A stretch of 63,134 nt of DNA. It comes from a virus. Its lineage: Duplodnaviria; Caudoviricetes. The notes beneath the pieces were generated by a model. The model was not told the DNA's origin. It ran no database searches and was given only the letters and a program-made list of their open reading frames with translations. Shown piece after piece: positions 59,937 to 63,134 of the stretch (the stretch's first letter is position 1; every line of letters begins with the position of its first letter). The position numbers and the translations under genes were made by a program. Where the stretch lies: IMG/VR virus record IMGVR_UViG_3300044946_000158, positions 1-63,134 of that record; one strand, 5' to 3'.

Positions 59937-61618
59937 CGACCAAGATATTCGTGGACCGATCGCGCGTTTTGGATTTCCAAAGTTGCCCGCGGCGTCGGTT
60001 CTTGGCGTATCACCAAGATAACCTTGGGATTACCAGTGTTAACAAACCTCTTCCCTTGGCTGTGGGCTCGGCGGTGCATTCCGGCCTCGCAGTGCTGTTA
60101 CAGGCCGCGTCCGTGGTCCCCGGCGCCCACAACGATCTTATGGCGATGGCCGCGTTCGAACAGGATGCAGTGAATGCCGCACTCGCTGACTTCGCCCAGT
60201 ACGCGGGCCACCTAGACCTCGACCTCGCCGAATCGACCGCCCTAGCGCAGCCGGGCGCGTCACTGGGCGACCATCTGGCCGCGTCCCTCGGCATGTCCCC
60301 GGAAGACGCGGGCCTCGGCGAGCTGACCGAGCGCGTCGGCCGGGCGCGGAGTGAGTTTGACCAATTCCTGTACGTGGAACAGTCGGCGCTGGTGGAGGCG
60401 ATGGTCCGAGCGTACGCCCGCCGTCGCCTGCGTCCCCTGCTCGAACAGTTCGAGGTACTGGAAGTGGAGCGCGAGGGGGAGTGGCTGCTGTCACAATGGG
60501 AGACAAATGCGTCCTTATTGGGGCCAGAGTTCGAGGGATGGTGCAATTGCGGCCATTCCCACGATTTGCACGCGTCTGGTGCCCCCTACGCCTGTACTGT
60601 CTTGATGTGCGAGTGTGAAGCGTATGACAAGGACATCACGTCGCTGTGGTTCATGTCCCGCCCCGACGCCCTCTTACTCGAACGCGACACCCGCCAGCTC
60701 TACCTCCTCTCGTTCAAGACCGCCGCGACCTGGGACATCCGCAAGGAGCGCGACGCGCAGCATGACATGCAGGGATTGTCGGAGGGCGTCGAGGTGGAAC
60801 GCAGGCTCGCGAACGCGTGGACGGCCTTGCGCAAAGAAGTAGTCATGGACAGGGGGGACTTGACGCTAGAGGTTTGCAAGGCATACGATCTGAAGCCTGC
60901 GACAGCTAATTTTCTATTCGCGTCCCCGGCCCCGCCCCGCATCCACGCCATCCGCTACGAGTTCATGCTCAAAGGCCCCCGACGCCGCGACAAGGATCTC
61001 TCGCAGCGACTCTCACTCGACGCCTATTCGCAGGCCAGCCATCTGGTGCGCGCCTACTACTCCCCCGGCATGACCTCCGCCGACGAACAATGGAACTGGT
61101 CGTGGCAATATCTCAAGCCCGGCGGCGAAACCTCCAACCTCTATTACAAGGCGTGGAAGGCGGCGCCAGTGTGGGAGCATATGCCCATTCGCGCGTGGAT
61201 CGACCGCCTCGATGCGCACGTGGAAACAATGGGCGAGGAGGGCTCGTCGCTTGGCTGGACGGGACCCGCGCAGGCCACCGGCGGCACCAGTGAGCATCCC
61301 TTGGACTCCGTGTTTCTGCCTCCCCTCGTCATCTATCGCAACGATGACGACCTCCGCGACTGGCTGGAGCAGACGGAAGCGCAGGAGCGCCGGGTGGCGG
61401 AAGGCGTGGCGGCGGTGCAGGCGGCGGGGGACGAAGGCGAGCGCCGGCACCTGCTCAACATCCATTTCGAGCAGCACCGCAAGGAGTGCGTATATCCGTC
61501 GCCGTGCCAGTTCGAAAAAATATGTTATGGTGGCGAATCGCTGCGAGCCGACCCGCTCGGCTCGGGACTGTTTGAATTGCGGGTGCCGAATCATCCGGTA
61601 GAATTGAGCAAGCCGTGA
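59933..61618 (+). CDS. Cas4/AddB-like PD-(D/E)XK exonuclease with Fe-S staple and Zn-finger insert
   Basis: SR...FQSCPRR, GSAVH, EVLEVE, RPD, SFKT, Q, C....PC.F..IC. Confidence 0.8.
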   Translation: MTTKIFVDRSRVLDFQSCPRRRFLAYHQDNLGITSVNKPLPLAVGSAVHSGLAVLLQAASVVPGAHNDLMAMAAFEQDAVNAALADFAQYAGHLDLDLAESTALAQPGASLGDHLAASLGMSPEDAGLGELTERVGRARSEFDQFLYVEQSALVEAMVRAYARRRLRPLLEQFEVLEVEREGEWLLSQWETNASLLGPEFEGWCNCGHSHDLHASGAPYACTVLMCECEAYDKDITSLWFMSRPDALLLERDTRQLYLLSFKTAATWDIRKERDAQHDMQGLSEGVEVERRLANAWTALRKEVVMDRGDLTLEVCKAYDLKPATANFLFASPAPPRIHAIRYEFMLKGPRRRDKDLSQRLSLDAYSQASHLVRAYYSPGMTSADEQWNWSWQYLKPGGETSNLYYKAWKAAPVWEHMPIRAWIDRLDAHVETMGEEGSSLGWTGPAQATGGTSEHPLDSVFLPPLVIYRNDDDLRDWLEQTEAQERRVAEGVAAVQAAGDEGERRHLLNIHFEQHRKECVYPSPCQFEKICYGGESLRADPLGSGLFELRVPNHPVELSKP

Positions 61619-61881
61619 CCGACTCATCCCTAAGACAAGCACTAGCAGGGCTGGTGGCGAAGTGGCGTAGGTTTGCTGCTTCAACATTTCCCTACGGTTC
61701 GCGTGTTGAATCGCGTGCCATCGAAGCTTCTTGGCGTATGCAAGCGAAAGACGACGCTGCCGAACTTGAAGCCGTCCTCGCCGCGCATCCAGCGGCCCCG
61801 CAAGGGGGTGTTTTTGACAAAACAGTGGAGGACCAGACTTCGATGGCTAGCGCAACAATAAATCTAGGGGGCAGCGCATGA
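61615..61881 (+). CDS. hypothetical protein
   Basis: GTGA overlap; LV.KWR...A.ELEA.L motif. Confidence 0.65.
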   Translation: MTDSSLRQALAGLVAKWRRFAASTFPYGSRVESRAIEASWRMQAKDDAAELEAVLAAHPAAPQGGVFDKTVEDQTSMASATINLGGSA

Positions 61882-62117
61882 AATACATAGCAAATCCAGT
61901 TGAAGTAGAAGCTGAGAGAATTGCGGCGGTCGTCTCGCAGGCAACTGACGAACATCCGATGATTCTCAAGCTTGAAAGCGGAAAGCTGTATTCGCCAAAC
62001 GCCGGGATGCTTGCACGCATGTCGCCAGTTCCCGGCGATTACGTAGTCACTCAATCCGATGGCTACGTCTACCTCAATCCCAAAGATGTTTTCGAGCGAA
62101 AGTACCGACCAGCGTGA
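61878..62117 (+). CDS. small protein with PVEVEA...PGDY...DGY...PKDVFE.KY motif
   Basis: ATGA overlap; motif. Confidence 0.75.
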   Translation: MKYIANPVEVEAERIAAVVSQATDEHPMILKLESGKLYSPNAGMLARMSPVPGDYVVTQSDGYVYLNPKDVFERKYRPA

Positions 62118-62121
62118 TTGA

Positions 62122-62634
62122 GTGCTAACCATTTCCATTCCACGCCCGATACTTGAAGGAATCTTCGACGAATGCGAGCGCTTCGCCCTCGAAGAGACTG
62201 GCGGGAGATTGCTTGGTTTTTACACATGGCGGGGCACTGACTTACATATCGACGTGAAGGCATTACTTCCTGCTGGTCCAAATGCTCGGCGGAGTCAGGT
62301 AAGTTTCTTCCAAGATGGCGAGTATCAAGAGAAATTATTCAGAGCCGTTGAAAAGAAACACCCGTCAATAAACCACCTCGGCAACTGGCACACGCATCAT
62401 TGCAACGGACTGCGAACGCTTAGCCAAGGGGACTGCGAAACATACCGGAAGAACGTAAACAGCCCAAATCATGCTATAGATTTCTTCTACGCACTGCTCA
62501 TTACTCATGGCACCCCGGATGAGCAGATGAGATATGGGATTCGTCACTTTGTTTTCGTGCGTCATGCAAATGACTTTGTTGAGGTTCCGACGCATCACGT
62601 AAACACGACAGGCTTGGAGGTACTTCAACTGTGA
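62122..62634 (+). CDS. JAB/MPN+ metalloprotease (Prok-JAB)
   Basis: ETGG.LLG (Glu), LGNWHTHH-x6-S-x2-D JAMM motif. Confidence 0.85.
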   Translation: MLTISIPRPILEGIFDECERFALEETGGRLLGFYTWRGTDLHIDVKALLPAGPNARRSQVSFFQDGEYQEKLFRAVEKKHPSINHLGNWHTHHCNGLRTLSQGDCETYRKNVNSPNHAIDFFYALLITHGTPDEQMRYGIRHFVFVRHANDFVEVPTHHVNTTGLEVLQL

Positions 62635-62734
62635 CCGCGCTAAAAGCCGCTATTGGCGGTAGCTCGGTTGAAACGCCACCACAAACCGGGGTACCCCTAA
62701 AAAGAAACTTTGAGGAGCGCAAGCGATGACCTTT
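62635..62734 (+). repeat. 100-nt imperfect direct repeat, copy 1
   Basis: Colinear with 62951-63050; last 28 nt identical. Confidence 0.85.
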
Positions 62735-62802
62735 ATGACAAAGCGAGTTGTTGTGGCGACCATGGCTAGCGCGGCATTACCGCGAGAGAAGGAACCGCCA
62801 CG

Positions 62803-63045
62803 ATGAGCGAGCACACGACAAAGCTGGAAAGCGGAGCCGTAAAGGTGATTCTTGATCTCAACTTTTTAGAGTTGTTTGGGGATGACCGCGAATTGGTGTG
62901 CGGAATCATTGATTTGATTCAGGCTTATGAGAAGAAACACCAGCAGAAGTCCGCACTAGAAGCCGCTGATGGCGATAGTGACCAACGCTCGACGGCACAG
63001 ACCGATTTACCCCCAAAAACGGACTTTGAGGAGCGCAAGCGATGA
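62803..63045 (+). CDS. hypothetical protein
   Basis: SD AAGGA; stop overlaps the ATG of the ORF continuing at 35. Confidence 0.7.
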   Translation: MSEHTTKLESGAVKVILDLNFLELFGDDRELVCGIIDLIQAYEKKHQQKSALEAADGDSDQRSTAQTDLPPKTDFEERKR

Positions 63046-63050
63046 CCTTT
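62951..63050 (+). repeat. 100-nt imperfect direct repeat, copy 2
   Basis: Colinear with 62635-62734. Confidence 0.85.
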
Positions 63051-63134
63051 GAAGAGACGCCGTTTAACAAGTGGTTCAAATCCTATGAGCCGATTAAGTT
63101 CTATCCTGGTAGAGAAATAGACGCGCAAGCCGCT
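63008..63134. repeat. Terminal direct repeat copy 2 (assembly overlap)
   Basis: Identical to 1-127. Confidence 0.95.

Noticed and set aside
59933-61618. CRISPR-associated cas4 locus
   Set aside because: No array or other cas genes; Cas4-like exonucleases are routine partners of Sak4/SSB modules
1-63134. tRNA genes, DGR, introns/inteins, alternative genetic code
   Set aside because: No cloverleaf/T-loop, reverse transcriptase, TR/VR pair or intein termini seen by eye; genes are intact in code 11 and use all three stops

Overview
The window is almost certainly one complete, circularly assembled tailed-phage genome of 63,007 bp. Nt 1-127 recur exactly at 63008-63134, consistent with a k=127 assembly overlap. 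It has two arms that diverge from a non-coding region at about 52.2-52.9 kb. The + arm (52.9 kb to the end, continuing from 1 to 13.0 kb) carries small early genes, DUF932, a Cas4/PD-(D/E)XK-like exonuclease, a JAB protease, a Sak4-like ATPase, an SSB-like protein, a PIF1 helicase, a UDG-PolA fusion, a PEP-CTERM protein, a Cys peptidase and an M15 endolysin. The - arm (52.2 to 13.0 kb) carries terminase, portal, scaffold, major capsid, adaptors, a podovirus-like nozzle, several spike/fibre proteins, ejection proteins and holin-like genes. No integrase, repressor, primase, tRNA or CRISPR array was recognised. PEP-CTERM, ASH/choice-of-anchor-D Ig repeats and AxA|Q signal peptides suggest a diderm host, possibly Acidobacteriota (inference). 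The most notable observations are: (1) a family-A polymerase that keeps its catalytic aspartates but has every residue of the nascent-base-pair/steric-gate network replaced (Klenow-equivalent R668Q, E710H, Y766N, N845A, Q849A), in a genome with no visible primase; (2) four tail-module spike/fibre proteins that carry Sec-type signal peptides and paired cysteines; (3) a structurally conserved RNA hairpin with a 2x2 internal loop between each of the first early genes; (4) a structured leader with an anti-SD pseudoknot and basic micro-ORFs ahead of the capsid operon; (5) a catalytically dead paralog of the exonuclease inside the virion module; and (6) candidate counter-defence genes (JAB, Acb2/Tad1-like). 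All family assignments are by-eye motif recognition; no searches were run.
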